DNA of 64,000 bases from the NCBI GenBank assembly GCA_965637545.1, contig OZ281496.1, forward strand, positions 22,692,001-22,756,000. The letters run 5' to 3'. Of this stretch, positions 41,844 through 54,311 are shown piece by piece. The notes beneath the pieces are model-generated. The model ran no database searches. It saw nothing but the letters and a program-made list of their open reading frames with translations, and was not told the DNA's origin. Position 1 is the first letter of the stretch; every line of letters starts with the position of its first letter. The position numbers and the translations under genes were made by a program. The stretch is from Phallusia mammillata. Its lineage: Eukaryota.

Positions 41844-44800
41844 CAAGTGTCAATTTTTGGTCAAGACTTTTCGATATATGTGTTCAGTAGATTGACCTTT
41901 GTTTTGTTAAACTGTTTTGGCAACTGTTGGTGTTAACACTTGATATAACATTGTTACACAATTTGCATCTTAACAATAGTGCAATTTAGGTTTAGCAGTT
42001 TGTTCCAAAGGTCTTTTCTCAACCTTCTTCATCAAATACCACAGTTTCAGTGGATATTGCTTGAATACCAATGTTTACATAGCATAAAAACCTCTACAAA
42101 TGATCATTTGTTTGTTCCCTGTATTAGCTGTGACCAAACATTCAATCAATAGCCAGTTGAACATATCAAGATATCAATATCACTTTTTTGGTTTTGAGAC
42201 TGTCACTTTGGCAGTTGGTTTCTTGTGTCTTATTTCACAAAAGGTTTAACACAAACCTGCCAGATGTACCTATATTGGTTGTTACCTTGAACATTGTCTG
42301 TGACAAAACGCTTGCATTTACCTTTTGTACACATTTTTATTTTAAAGTCAGGCCTTGAAAACCTGCCCGATACAGTTTATCCCTGGGCATTTGGTTAAGT
42401 TAGAAGGGTGATACAGATAACTGTGCTGCCAAATGTGCTGCCATGTTTCAAAGAAATGTACTTATTTTTGGCTTACAGACTTTATGTCGAAGGTACAACA
42501 ATGTTAAATGCATTTTGTTCTAACTGATAATAATTGTAAAGGACATTAGGTCATTTATAACAGTTCAGTAACCAAGGCATTGTTAAGCAACATTAGCATG
42601 TTAAAGTAGTTAGGTTGGTTAGGAAGCTAACATTGTTCTAAAGGTTTGGCATTTTTTTGGCATACACTATTTGACATTAGTTATATAAAACTGTTTTTTG
42701 TGTGTGGAAAAATCCATTTTAATGAGGTAAATCATGATTCGTTTTCCAGTGTCCTTTATTTTCACCCAGATCGATGGCAACCCTGGTTGTACAATACATA
42801 TAAGATATAACTGTGCTCAACAAAAATTCGTTTGTTTTTTTTACAGAAAAAAGTTGTATGTAGATATTTCATGGGGGATACTCTAAAATACCCAATTTAC
42901 TAATATACTTATGAAAGTGTTGACAATTAGGACTATAGGGTCGGGGTTAGGATTTGTAACTTATAATTTAATCTTAGATACCCTTTTGGGGCTAATATTC
43001 TTACAATCATTAACATGCAGTGTTTAGTACCATCCACAAGTATTATTAGTAGATTGCACATAAATTGTGTAGATTGCCTATTATTGAGGTGCCCTTTAAT
43101 AATATTCTATGATGTTTCTTTTTTAAGGGTCGTGTTGTGGAAAACCTATCTAAGAGATGTGGTGGTTTCCTGAAACAACTGTCGTTGCGCAGTTGTGAAA
43201 ATGTGGATGACAAAACCCTTCGTGTGTTTTCTCAAAACTGCAGAAACCTTGCCCAGCTTAATCTGTTCAAGTGCAAGAAAATAACTGACCAGTAAGTCAG
43301 ACATTTTCAATCTATTTGAATGAGGAAAATAAGAATAAAGGCATTTTTGGCAAAAGTACAAATGGTTTTATTTATAAGGGCCCAGGATAATGGAAATGTC
43401 GAGTTTGTGGCATTAAAAACCAATGTACATGATACCATTTTATTAAGGTTTTACGTTTGAACGTTTGTAACATCCCACTATAAAGGCTCCTTTTTTGCCA
43501 AATCACGTTCTCAATATCATTTTGCGATTATTTCATGAAAAAAAATATAGTAATGGATTAAAATACATTTACATGTATGTTTAAAACATTTTACTTAATA
43601 AGTGTTTTCAAAAATTATACTATGTCACCCTAAATGTTTTCCCCAGTCATACACTAGTTTCATAAAAGGAGATTAAGTTACAAAATGTCTAAATGCAATG
43701 TTTCCTGTGATACAACATACCTGTCATGAACTACATGTTTACACGAAAAGAAAATAAACAATATTACTTCAGAACATTTCCATATTGTGGTTGGGCGCAT
43801 CCATATCCCAACATATGATATATTACTGTTTGTCAATTGAGGCAATTTTCTTGTTTATGTTAGTAATGGGCTAAAACCATGGGGGTTTTGGATTGTCAAG
43901 CACCAAGTATTTCTTAGAAATTGTAAGTGCTTGAATGAACATGTTCAATGCATTGTGACATCATATCTGGCTTCATTGTAACGTTAGATTGGAATTTTGG
44001 TTTTTATTTTATGTGTCAAACTTTATTATTGGGCAAAGCATCAAAAACTAAACTGTTGGGCACCATGTTGAACTTATAAACTAGCACAACCCTGCCCTAC
44101 TAACTGTTAAAATAAATCTGACTTGAACAAATCTAAATACTTCACATAACTGGTTCCAACCTGGGTGGCCCATGGATGATGTTTTTTCCTCTATTGGTCT
44201 ATGCAATGGTTTTGGGGGTCCATAAAGGCAAGTAAAACATGTTTCTCAAAAAGCAATGGGTAAACTTTGCATAGGTATCCATAACCTTAAATTTTTTTAA
44301 AAAAGAGACAAGTGTTTGGGGCCACTCCTCTTTACGTTAAACAACCAGGTAATGTGTGTTTTTATGTTCAAACAATGGATAGTTATCAAAACTAAAATAC
44401 CTTACTGCTCCTATCGTACATTCTATCACACAAGCTTGCCTTTAGGAACTGAAGTGCTGCATAGGCAAAATATATTTATCTCAGTTCATAAGGATGGATG
44501 ACTTTAAGATTTAATGAATTTGTCTCAATAAGCATAAGGTTTATTACAGTCTTCATCCACTAAGCAATATGCTGGGAGATTCTGGTTTAAAGTTCAAATA
44601 TACTCTATTACAGATTTTCACAAGACTGTTTAGTTATGTATCAAATTTTTAAACACTGCTTTACTAACTTTTACTAGGACGCTTGTGAGTTTGGGAAAGA
44701 ACTGCCAACTACTGCGACATCTTGATATTTATTCCTGTCCACTTATCACTGATGAAGGGCTGGAACGATTAAGGTATACTGAAGCAGTTTTCAGGCCTAA

Positions 44801-47800
44801 CAAACAGCAGAGTTACATCCAATTTGGTACTGACTTTGTTTAAAAAAACACTACATGTGTTAATTATACAATCTTAGCTCTAGTATATATTGCATGATTA
44901 AAAAATACTTCTTGAAATTGTCAACAAATTTTGTTTAAATAAACGGAAAGAAGGAAAATTGTTTTGCACACTTTCACCAAAGAACATAGATTTTCTAATA
45001 GTAAAATACTATATAGAACATAGTAAAATAAATTTGTTTCCACTTAAATTTTTGATTCTTATCATATTTTCAATTGACAAATATGCTTTATAATTAAAAA
45101 GTACGGAAATGCCTGTCACACTAATTAATAAGGTTGAAACATTTTAAACAAATGTCATTTTTTGCAGTGATGGATGCCCTCAACTATCACATCTTGACAT
45201 TTCATGGTGTGACAAAATTTCTGATCGTGGAATCAAACACATAGCAACTGGCTGCCCAAAGTTAAAGCACCTTTATGCCAAAGGTGTTATTAAGGTACAG
45301 ATTTTGCAAAAATATGTAACTGAGTTTGAAATGTTTCCAATAGTACCTCAAAATGTTGAAAGTTTATGCTATAATTTGAGCAGCAAGTTTCTCTTTGATT
45401 TTTGTTTTGGCTTATAAGATTTTGCAAGGGTTATTTTGATAGACCTAACATGTTTTTTTTATCTTTGAAACCTGTGTTTGAAGGTAGGGAATTTGGTTAA
45501 ATTTTATGAAATCAATAGCATAGCATTGAACCATAAAGTATTTAGTTGTGATTGTCTGTTGAAAAGTGTGAAGTTTAATCGATAAGTGACACAAAATATT
45601 GTGGGACATGGTAAAAATAACAATTTTCAGACTTTGGTTTTAGTTTTCTCGATGAATGTTTGGAAATTTGCTTGAATGTGTAAAACTTCCTGTTTCAGTT
45701 TCACTTACGAAGCTTTAGTTTTTTAATCAATATTTCAGCAGTATGATTAAAAATGTGTTGATGTCTTGCAGTTAAACAGTGTCACTAAAGTCTGTTCATA
45801 CAATTTTTGCAATGTGACTCTTTATTAAGGTGTTTTTTCACACTTATATATATATATGCGTGTAATAGAGATTAACTATGCCCCCCTTGTGGTGTAATGT
45901 AGCTTTGTTCCATGCATTTGGTCAAAAAAGAGTGCTTTAAACTTTTTCAAATTTACACAGGTAATATATATCTATCAAAAGTTTATTGTCCCAAAGTTTG
46001 GCCCCACTTTACCCAGCGGTTTACCCACAGTTTTCTCAAAAAAGTTAAATTTAAAAGCATATAGAGCCAATAAATGATAAGCTGCAGACAGTGCACACTG
46101 TTTCGACCTATAAGGTCTCATCAGTGCAGCTGGTGACGAGAGATCGGCCGCATTGGCTAGTGCGGCCGATCTAGCCAATGCGGCCGATCTCTCGTCACCA
46201 GCTGCACTGATGAGACCTTATAGGTCGAAACAGTGTGCACTGTCTGCAAGTTAAATTTAATTCTAAAAGAAATATCATTGATTGTGCTTAATCTTTAAAA
46301 CTGACGGAGCATAAGTCTTACATCAAACATCTTATGTAAATAGCATCACATTTCACATTTACTTGAATTGTATTAGACCGCAAAACCTGTACATAATAAA
46401 ATAACATGATAAATATAAATGGTTGTAATTCAGAAGGATGTAAGTGCGAAGGATGAGATCCTACCAGATCGCTTTGCTTCAAGGCATGAATAATTAAACA
46501 GGACCCATGACTTTGTTTGTCCTGGGTGCTTTCCTTAGGCAAAGTTACTTGGCCCAGTTTAAACTAATTGTTCACATTATTTACTTGCACTGTCTCAAAA
46601 CTTTTCTGAAATGTTATTTTTTCTTCTAGTTTTTACGTGGTTGGTCCAAAAGTTGAAATTCACTTTTAAAAAAATCTGTTTCTTCTGCAAAAAATATATT
46701 TTTCTGGCTAAATGAGAGGTTTTCAATATTTTTCTTCTGACACAATCTTTTCTACTTGTCTTCAGCTTATATAACTCATTTTGAAGTATGTGCAGGCTTA
46801 TTTAACTCATGTGTTTTATAAAATATCTATTATGCTACATTTTTTACACCATGTGTATGTATATTTGGCATTGAAAACCAATGTTTAGAAGTTGTGCCAT
46901 TTTAAGAAGTTTAGCTGTAGTGATATTTATGCATATATTTGTAGGCATTTTTTTCTTTTCATTTGAGTCATGTTTTTTTCATATTTTTGCCACTTTTCAA
47001 TAATTTGTTTCTCCAGGGTACTATTTAGCAGCAAATTTACTTCTATACATCAAGTGTGTTTTGCCTCAATGTGAAGCTATCCAAGAGTTTATTGAGTCAT
47101 ATAATGTTTAAGAATGTATGGTCCTGACATGCACTTGAACTTAAATCATGAAACTTGTATTTCATGTAGGCTTCTATCTTTTATATTGTCTTTAGATCCT
47201 TTGCATTGTAAACTGAAACTTAAATTTTCTAAAGCGGATTTCTTTTCCATAAGTTTGTATCATGTTATTCAGGATAATGTTACCAAGTTACATATCCTGG
47301 TTTTAGTGAATGTAACTTCATGTAAAAAATTAATATTGCTAGTAAATAAGTCGTGGAAAAACCACAAGAATAGTCAATTTCATGCTTAATCTTACTATCT
47401 TTGCAATTTATTTCTTATTGACAAAATGTTTGGGTGATAGTTTGTCAGGAAATGGTTGATGGCAACAATTTATCACATGTGCTGGGTAGCTCAGAACACT
47501 TAATTTAGCTGCTTTAAGGCATGCAGATGGTGATTGTATATTGAGTTTTTTGATACCATAAGGTAATGTAGAAAAAAGTTAACTTCATTGAGGATTGATT
47601 TTGTTCAATACTGTTTGAGAATGAATCTATACTTTTTTCTGGCTGCTTTTTTCGGGATATCTTTGATTTGTTTCTATATCAGTACCCAATTTAATTATGT
47701 TTGCTCTTTAGACTTTGCTAAAGAAAAAACATTGTTATTCAGCAGCCTTAGTGATAGCTGTGTGAATGGGTGAATATAACATAACAACATCTTTCATTTT

Positions 47801-50800
47801 TCGGAAAATTTTGGACATGAATAAATTTCAAACATCTAAAATTGTACTTTTGATAATGCACTTGCATTGCAACCATAACTGTTTTGGAAAAAATCTCTTG
47901 TTAACGAGAAACAGACCTCTTTGTGTTCGTTTAATTAGTAGTAAGTGACGTAAAATTTAAACTACTATTGATCATGTTTTTGTTGTTGCAGATCACAAGC
48001 AGCTGTCTGGATCATCTGGCTAAAAACTGCACTGGCCTTGTAGTTTTAAATCTTCAAAAATGTGCTGTGAGTAAACTTTTTTGCTGACATTGCACCTTTA
48101 ACCAGTGGTGGAATTCAAAGTTTTTGTCAGTCGGTTCTATCACAAAAGTCAAAAAGTCTATTGACAGTTACCAGTAATGCTAACTGGTTCGCTGACCTCA
48201 GAAAATTTCGTGAGACAGTTCTATAGAACCGGTGCGAACCGACTGAATCCCACCACTGCCTTTAACATATTTTTTTACGATTAATTGGGTTGGTTTTTGA
48301 TTAAGGACTTTAATTTAATGACACTAGTCAAGCAAAACTGATGCAACCAGATGTACTAGGAATTTTGTTCAGGTTTTGATTTGCTAAGTCAAAATCAGCC
48401 TTCCATGCATTCATGTGCAATCAAGTGTGGTTGATATAAATTCCAACCTATAGTGTTTTGCACATTTGATAGCAGCTCAATAGGGATTGTACATTTAAAC
48501 TGGACTGCTCAATGTATATATTGTGAATTACAAAATTATTAGTGGCCACTTTCCCAATAGATTTTTATTCGAGAAATTTGCTTTATTTGTCCAACGCTAA
48601 TTTGTTTGTATCAGTAAATCAACCATTTTATATGTCAAGTTTTAATTACGCTAAACATTTTATAAGTTTAGTTTATAGGTGTATTAGTTTGAACAGTTCT
48701 TCATCACAATTTACTAATATTGGCAAACATGCCATAAGTTTGCCAATCTTGACATTTTTCTTTGAATTTTTTTGGTTTAAAACTTCTTTCTGAATAAATT
48801 TCTTTAGTATATATCAACTTCAATGGTGAAAATAATGGCCCAAATAGACAAAAAAGTGACATGCTTTATTTTTCGAATGTTTTGGCAAATGCTCATGCTA
48901 TCATCAGTGATATGAAGCCCACATTAGTTACACCCGTTTATATACATCTGAGTAACATCAGGGAGTGATAAAAAGGTGCAAAACAAGCGTCGCATAAAAA
49001 CGATAGATAAAAAGGTGCGCCGAAACGTTTGAAATATAAAGCATGTTGCTTTTTACGCCTATTTGGGCCGTTATTTTCACCATCAAACTTATGAACAGAT
49101 CCCTATATAATGTTCCAAAATATATCAACTTACTGTAGAACATATCCGATGAGGGAGTAATGAGGATTGCTGAGAGATGCCACGACCTAGAGACCATCTC
49201 CTTGTCCGACTGCAACATTGCAAATGACAATACACTCAAAGAGTTAGCACAGAACTGTCCGAAACTTAAAACCATTGAAGTGGCATCTTGTGGAAATTTG
49301 ACAGACGAGGGTTTTGTTGCCCTTGCTAAAGTAAGTAGCTGGTATTTGTCTGTTAATGCTAAATCACATGCTTTTTAACTTACTGTGGGGCAATAGTAAA
49401 AATGCATTTTTCCAAATTTTAATTCTTTTACCGGATAAAAAATAGGTAACTACTTGTGATTAAAAAATACTGAGATTTTTATAAACCTTGTACTAATTTT
49501 TGGTGCCAGGTAAAATGCTGCTTAAATGTGTATTGTGCAATATATTTCTTGCCTTGTGAACAGAAAACCCTAAGTCAGTTTGCAAAAAAACCTTTTAGTA
49601 TCTGTCATTACCTTATTTGGTTTTATTTTAAAGTTGTGGATCATTGGCATTAGCAAAATTGATATATCTGTTTTTCTATTTATGGTTCAAACACACATTT
49701 TTGAATAGTGTTAGCAAAAACAGGTCCATTAAACAGCTTTTACAAGCACTGTGGCTCTAGAATATACTTCTAATAAAGAAAAACTTTGCACTTATTTTTG
49801 CTACTTTGGGTAAAAATCAAATCAGCATAGTTTTCTCTAGTACACATATGCTACATATGGTATGTTTACCCTAGCTAGTACACATATACTACTAGTGCAA
49901 GCTTTCTTAACATCCAGTTTTTCACCAACAATATATGTCAATTAAATTGTTCTTGACATGATGGTAAAAATCAATATCTTCTATTTTAAGGCTGACAACC
50001 CAGCATTTGGCCTGAACAAAATGCTTGATTATCTTTTAAACAGTTCACAAAAGTGTAGACACCTGTCCTTTTAGCTAAAAAAATTAGTTAATTGCAAAGG
50101 AAACTACAAACAATGCTTTGAAAAACATATTTAGATGAATCTTACATTTTTTCTGCATATATTGATGTTTGTAAATTGCACTAGTGTTACTAAAAAGTTG
50201 CTAAAAATGTTTAGTAATTCAACACACTGTGACAAATTTACCCCTACTTTAAAGTGTCAAACCCATCAGCAAATTGAAAGTGTCATATTTTGTGTTTCTA
50301 CAGTCAGGTTTTCCTAAACTTAGTCCTACTATGGGGCATATAGTCAGTCAGGTCTCTACTGAAAATTCAGGCACCTAGTGATAGCATGTTGATTCAATTT
50401 CAGAACATTCTCAGTCAACACTAGCATTATATGAGTACTCAGGCATTTAGCTAATTTGTAGTTTGTGTAGCTAATTTTGTGTTCCATAAACATGTTAACT
50501 GCAAGAGAATGTGTGCTGCATTGTAACTGCAACCCAACAAATGTGTTTAAAAACTTGAACATTTATCTATGATATATTAAAATCGTATCTATAATTAGAT
50601 ATACATACATATTATTACTTACACATAGGCTTTTGGTGTGACATCCATATTATAAATCATGGGTGAAATGGGCACTGACCAGGTTCATAGATTTTACACA
50701 ATGTATATAATGTACTATAGTAGTTTGTGGCCCATTTGATTGCTAAATTTTGGATGCTTTTCAGAACTGTCCCCACTTGGAAAGACTGGACTTGGAGGAA

Positions 50801-53800
50801 TGTGTGCAAGTATCAGATAAAACCCTTCGTTATTTGTCACTTCACTGCTTGAAACTTACTGAACTGGTAAGTTGCATACAAATCTACAGCTTGTGAAGAC
50901 CATGTAGCTAACAGTGTCGTAGGTAGATGAAAATTTGGGGAGGGGCAAAATAGTTTGCTGTCTAATACAACTTTTTGCTAATGCTCGGTGTAACACGTGC
51001 TTTTTCCTAACACGTCAGTTGCCAAACTTTGGTTTGATGGGACAGCCAAAACGCTTTATTGATTTATTCCATGTCTACATAAATATAAAAAGCATGGATT
51101 TCAGCTTACAACTTGGTGCCAACAGTCATTTTTTCTAATTTACATATTCCTTTGATAGTTGAAAGACGAAACCACAATGATGAGGGACAAAATTACACTA
51201 AATTAAAGTTTCTCAATATACAACTTTGAAAATTTGGGTGGCTACGCCACTGGTAGCTCCCCGGCTACGCCACTGGTAGCTAAAGCTTTACTTTGCTACC
51301 TTGGTTTACCAATTGTGCTGTTACTATTTTACAGTTCATAGTGTTCTAGGGTTGCAGTGCTATATGCTCTTTTGTATTAGAGCTGGGTTGGTAATTGTAT
51401 GAAAGCTAATGTGTTAATGTGATCTTTTTTAAAGCTAAAAACAACCTAAAGTATTTCCATTAGAACCCTTTAAAAGCAACAATATTTCTGCACAAAAACT
51501 TTTAAAAACAGAAGTTTGTCAATTGTTGTGATCTGACCAGTCTGTTAATTATACATTTTTAGAAAATACTAAACTGTGTAGTATATCGTAAATCATGAGT
51601 CACCAGAGACTCAGTACAACAGATGGAGACAACAGTCGCGTATAATAACAGACTGAAAACTTTGACAAGTCTGGAGTCATCCACTGTTTTTTATGCTTAA
51701 ATATATATATTTCACCTAAGTAATAGGCATCATCAACAGTATCTAAAAACAAACAGCGCTAAAATTGTATGTCTGTTTTGAGAAAATAGTTTCAATGCTA
51801 AACTTTTTTCCAGACACTATCGCACTGTGAACTGATAACAGATGGAGGAATTCAAGATCTTGGGTCAGGACTGTGTGCAACTGACCACTTGGAGGTGCTA
51901 GAGTTGGACAACTGTCCTCTGATATCTGATGTGAGCTTAGATCATCTTGTTGGCTGTCAGGTAAATTTGAATCTACCTGGTGTTGTAAGTGTCATATACA
52001 CACATGTTCAAACAACTATTTATGCGAGTAAATCTAAGCTAGTGGTTCTCAACCTGTGGTACGTACATCATTAGTGGTACTAGTGATGGGACGATACCAG
52101 GTTTTGAAGCGAGTTCCGAGTACGAGTACCACATGTATATACCTTCGATACCGTGTACCAAGTACTTTAAGTGTAGTGTTGTACTTAGTTGTATATCACT
52201 GGCTAATTTATCTGCCATGGTCGGGGTACAGGCATGCACACACACATGCCCAAAAAATGTAATCACCACGTGATAGCGAAAAAATATACGTAACCTGACG
52301 GAACGATTTTGTGCTGTCCAAAGCAAATATTGGCAAAAAGTTGCCCATATTCTTATGGTGTAAATCTGCCTTCGGTACTCGCATGCTGGTATCGAAAACT
52401 GAGACAAAATATTTCGATACGGAGTACGAGTATCGATACCACTGAAATCGTTCGATACCATTAATACCGAGTACCGAGTACCAGGTACTCGTCCCATCAC
52501 TAAGTGGTACGCCAGACCTTTAGGTGGTATGCGAGTAGCTATCTGTTATATTTAATCAAGTCAAATCAAAATTGCAACTCTACCAACTTATCAGTCCTGG
52601 TTTTGGCGAAATCAGCACCTTGGACATTTTTTAGGAAGTGCCAACCTATGCTGGTGCACTGAACTGATTGAACACATAGTTTTTTGCTAATTGGCTGTTA
52701 AAAGCATTTATTTTTCCAAATGTTGTGTAAGTGGACAAAAGTATTTCTTGTTGCCTGCTTGTAAATGAGATTTTGTCGAAAGGTGTGCACCCCTTTTCTG
52801 TGTCCTGCTATCACATGGTGTATGCCTTATCAATTGCCATGTTACATTTTTCTCCATCATTTTGCATTTAAAAAAACAAACATGTTATTATGTGGTAGGG
52901 TCACTTACCTTCATATATTTACAGAATCTCATTCGCCTTGAACTGTACGACTGTCAACTTATCACTAGAGCAGGAATTATGCGACTACAGGTGTGTAAAT
53001 TTTTTTGTGACCATTGTGAAAAGCATGTTTTTGGTGGTGACCCATCACACCAATCAATTTATTTAACCCTTAAAGGCACTCATAAAGAACCAATGCTTTT
53101 TACTCATGATCAGTCATGAAAAAAGGTTTCAAAAATATATTTTATTTGACCCAATTTGCATAATAAAGTGATTACTTTTTGGTTTTAAATTTGTGTTTGC
53201 TGACATGTTATATTGTAAATCTACTCTTAAATTGTTAAACTCAAATTTTTGTTTAAAAAACGATTTATTTTGGTTTGATCAAAATGAAAAAATAATCCAA
53301 AACTGATTAAAGATGTATTTTTATGGCAATATTCCCCCAACATTTGGCAAAACAGAAAAAAATAGAAATTTAATCCTTTTTCAACCCATGTACACACCCT
53401 TACCAAAACCCCCAACAAAATTTACCAGTTTTACTAACTGCGCTTTTCTTTTTGTTTTCTTTTCTTTTTCGGTGTGCATAATCCCTGACGACGAATGAAT
53501 TCGCGCCGCTGCACATCAATTGGCCATCCACACCCAACTGCATGGCAACCCCCTAATTGACCCTACCTGCTCACCTACCAAAATACACAACTCATCGCTG
53601 TTGCAATTCTGTTTTGCCTGGCTTTTGGGGGGAACCCCCTTTCGGGCCATGTTGCTTTGTGTGTTTTTTTCGTGTGCGTTTGCTGTCATGCTGCCGAAAT
53701 CAGGCGCATCATCCTAATTTAGTGATTCACGCCTATTTTGCACCCGTAACGCCTCAGCCCTCTGTGGCACCGGCCCCGCAGAGGCTGTGCCCCGACTGCA

Positions 53801-53817
53801 GGTGTACGATATTATGA
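38718..53817 (+). CDS. FBXL20: F-box/LRR protein FBXL2/FBXL20 pro-orthologue, 12 coding exons (isoform with proximal last exon), 471 aa
   Basis: Exons 38718-38861, 39940-40044, 41474-41557, 43128-43291, 44678-44773, 45168-45294, 47992-48066, 49139-49330, 50765-50866, 51814-51960, 52925-52990, 53704-53817. F-box KLPKELLLRIFSYLDIVTLCRCAQVSKHWNVLALDGSNWQ, Cys-containing LRRs, and C-terminal HAYFAPVTP...CRCTIL (CAAX). The first coding exon is inferred. Confidence 0.94.
39179..39647. mobile_element. Foldback MITE with 133-bp TIRs and TA flanks (Tc1/mariner-like)
   Basis: 39179-39311 and 39515-39647 are inverted repeats with 4 mismatches, flanked by TA on both sides. Confidence 0.85.
40447..41069. 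mobile_element. hAT (Charlie-type) MITE containing a nested hAT MITE (40526-40956)
   Basis: Outer TIRs CAGGGCTGCTCAAAC / GTTTGAGAAGCCCTG with perfect TSD TTATAGAG. Inner TIRs CAGGGATGCACAACC / GGTTGTGCATCCCTG with an eroded TSD. Confidence 0.85.
41148..41420. repeat. Intronic tandem repeat, unit about 110-115 bp, about 2.4 copies
   Basis: The block CAACAACCCTCTATGTAGCTCTATTTATGTG...CCTAAGGTATTAAT recurs near 41158, 41266 and 41388. Confidence 0.8.
46080..46131 (-). ncRNA. Type I hammerhead ribozyme, minus-strand arm of the palindrome
   Basis: Minus strand: AGCTGCA-CTGATGA-GACCT[TAT]AGGTC-GAAA-CAGT[GTGC]ACTG-TC-TGCAGCT. It has a 7-bp stem I, 5-bp stem II, 5-bp stem III, an intact core and a GUC cleavage triplet. 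Confidence 0.85.
46083..46248. repeat. Perfect 78-bp inverted repeat (arms 46083-46160 and 46171-46248, 10-nt spacer)
   Basis: Base-by-base comparison of the arms shows no mismatch. Confidence 0.97.
46203..46248 (+). ncRNA. Type I hammerhead ribozyme, plus-strand arm (stem I truncated to 4 bp)
   Basis: TGCA-CTGATGA (46207-46213)-GACCT[TAT]AGGTC-GAAAC (46227-46231)...GTC (46242-46244)-TGCA. Confidence 0.8.
48103..48258. mobile_element. hAT MITE family A copy, 156 bp
   Basis: TIRs CAGTGGTGGAATTC / GAATCCCACCACTG. Perfect TSD CCTTTAAC at 48095-48102 and 48259-48266. Confidence 0.9.
50912..51275. mobile_element. hAT MITE (CAGTGGCGTAGCC-type TIR), 364 bp, right terminus duplicated
   Basis: Left CAGTGTCGTAGG and right GGCTACGCCACTG (present twice). 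Perfect TSD GTAGCTAA at 50904-50911 and 51276-51283. Confidence 0.8.
52081..52502. mobile_element. hAT MITE family B, copy 2, inserted into a Charlie-type element starting at about 52040
   Basis: Inverted homologue of 7476-7893 with perfect TSD AGTGGTAC at 52073-52080 and 52503-52510. The host begins TAGTGGTTCTCAACCTGTGGTAC. Confidence 0.9.
53432..53703 (+). promoter_or_regulatory. Distant branch point, polypyrimidine tract and AG-exclusion zone before the proximal FBXL last exon
   Basis: TACTAAC at 53432-53438 followed by a U/C tract to about 53470. No AG dinucleotide from 53429 to 53701. TGCATG at 53539-53544. Confidence 0.8.
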
Positions 53818-54311
53818 TGTGAACCGCTGGCATGTTTTAAAGTATGTAAACACTTACCTATTGATTTGCATCAGTTACCAGGTCAAATAGTGTGTAAACC
53901 GCTGAATAGGATATAGAATATATAAATTGGCATTATATGGAAAACCATCACTATTCTAGTTTACAACTGAAAAACGTTGTTGTCCAAAATTGAACTGGTT
54001 ATATCAGATAATAAAGATTGAAAATATGATCTTAGATAACTATAAATGTTGCTAAAATATGGCAATCTTCATATCCCAGTGTTTTCCAACCAGGGGTTCA
54101 TTGACCCCCAATGGTTCTTTAAAATGGTTTCAGGTGATCTGTGAAAGTATTTCAAGTCGTTTTAAGCAAAATCTGTCGATTGCATAGAAAAAAGTGCCTT
54201 ACATGCCTAAAAAGTTATTTTTGAAACCTATACGAAAACTATTCCTTTGCCAAAGTAACTTAAGCCTTAGAAGTAATTATGACGTGTCAATATATGATTA
54301 TGACATCACAG

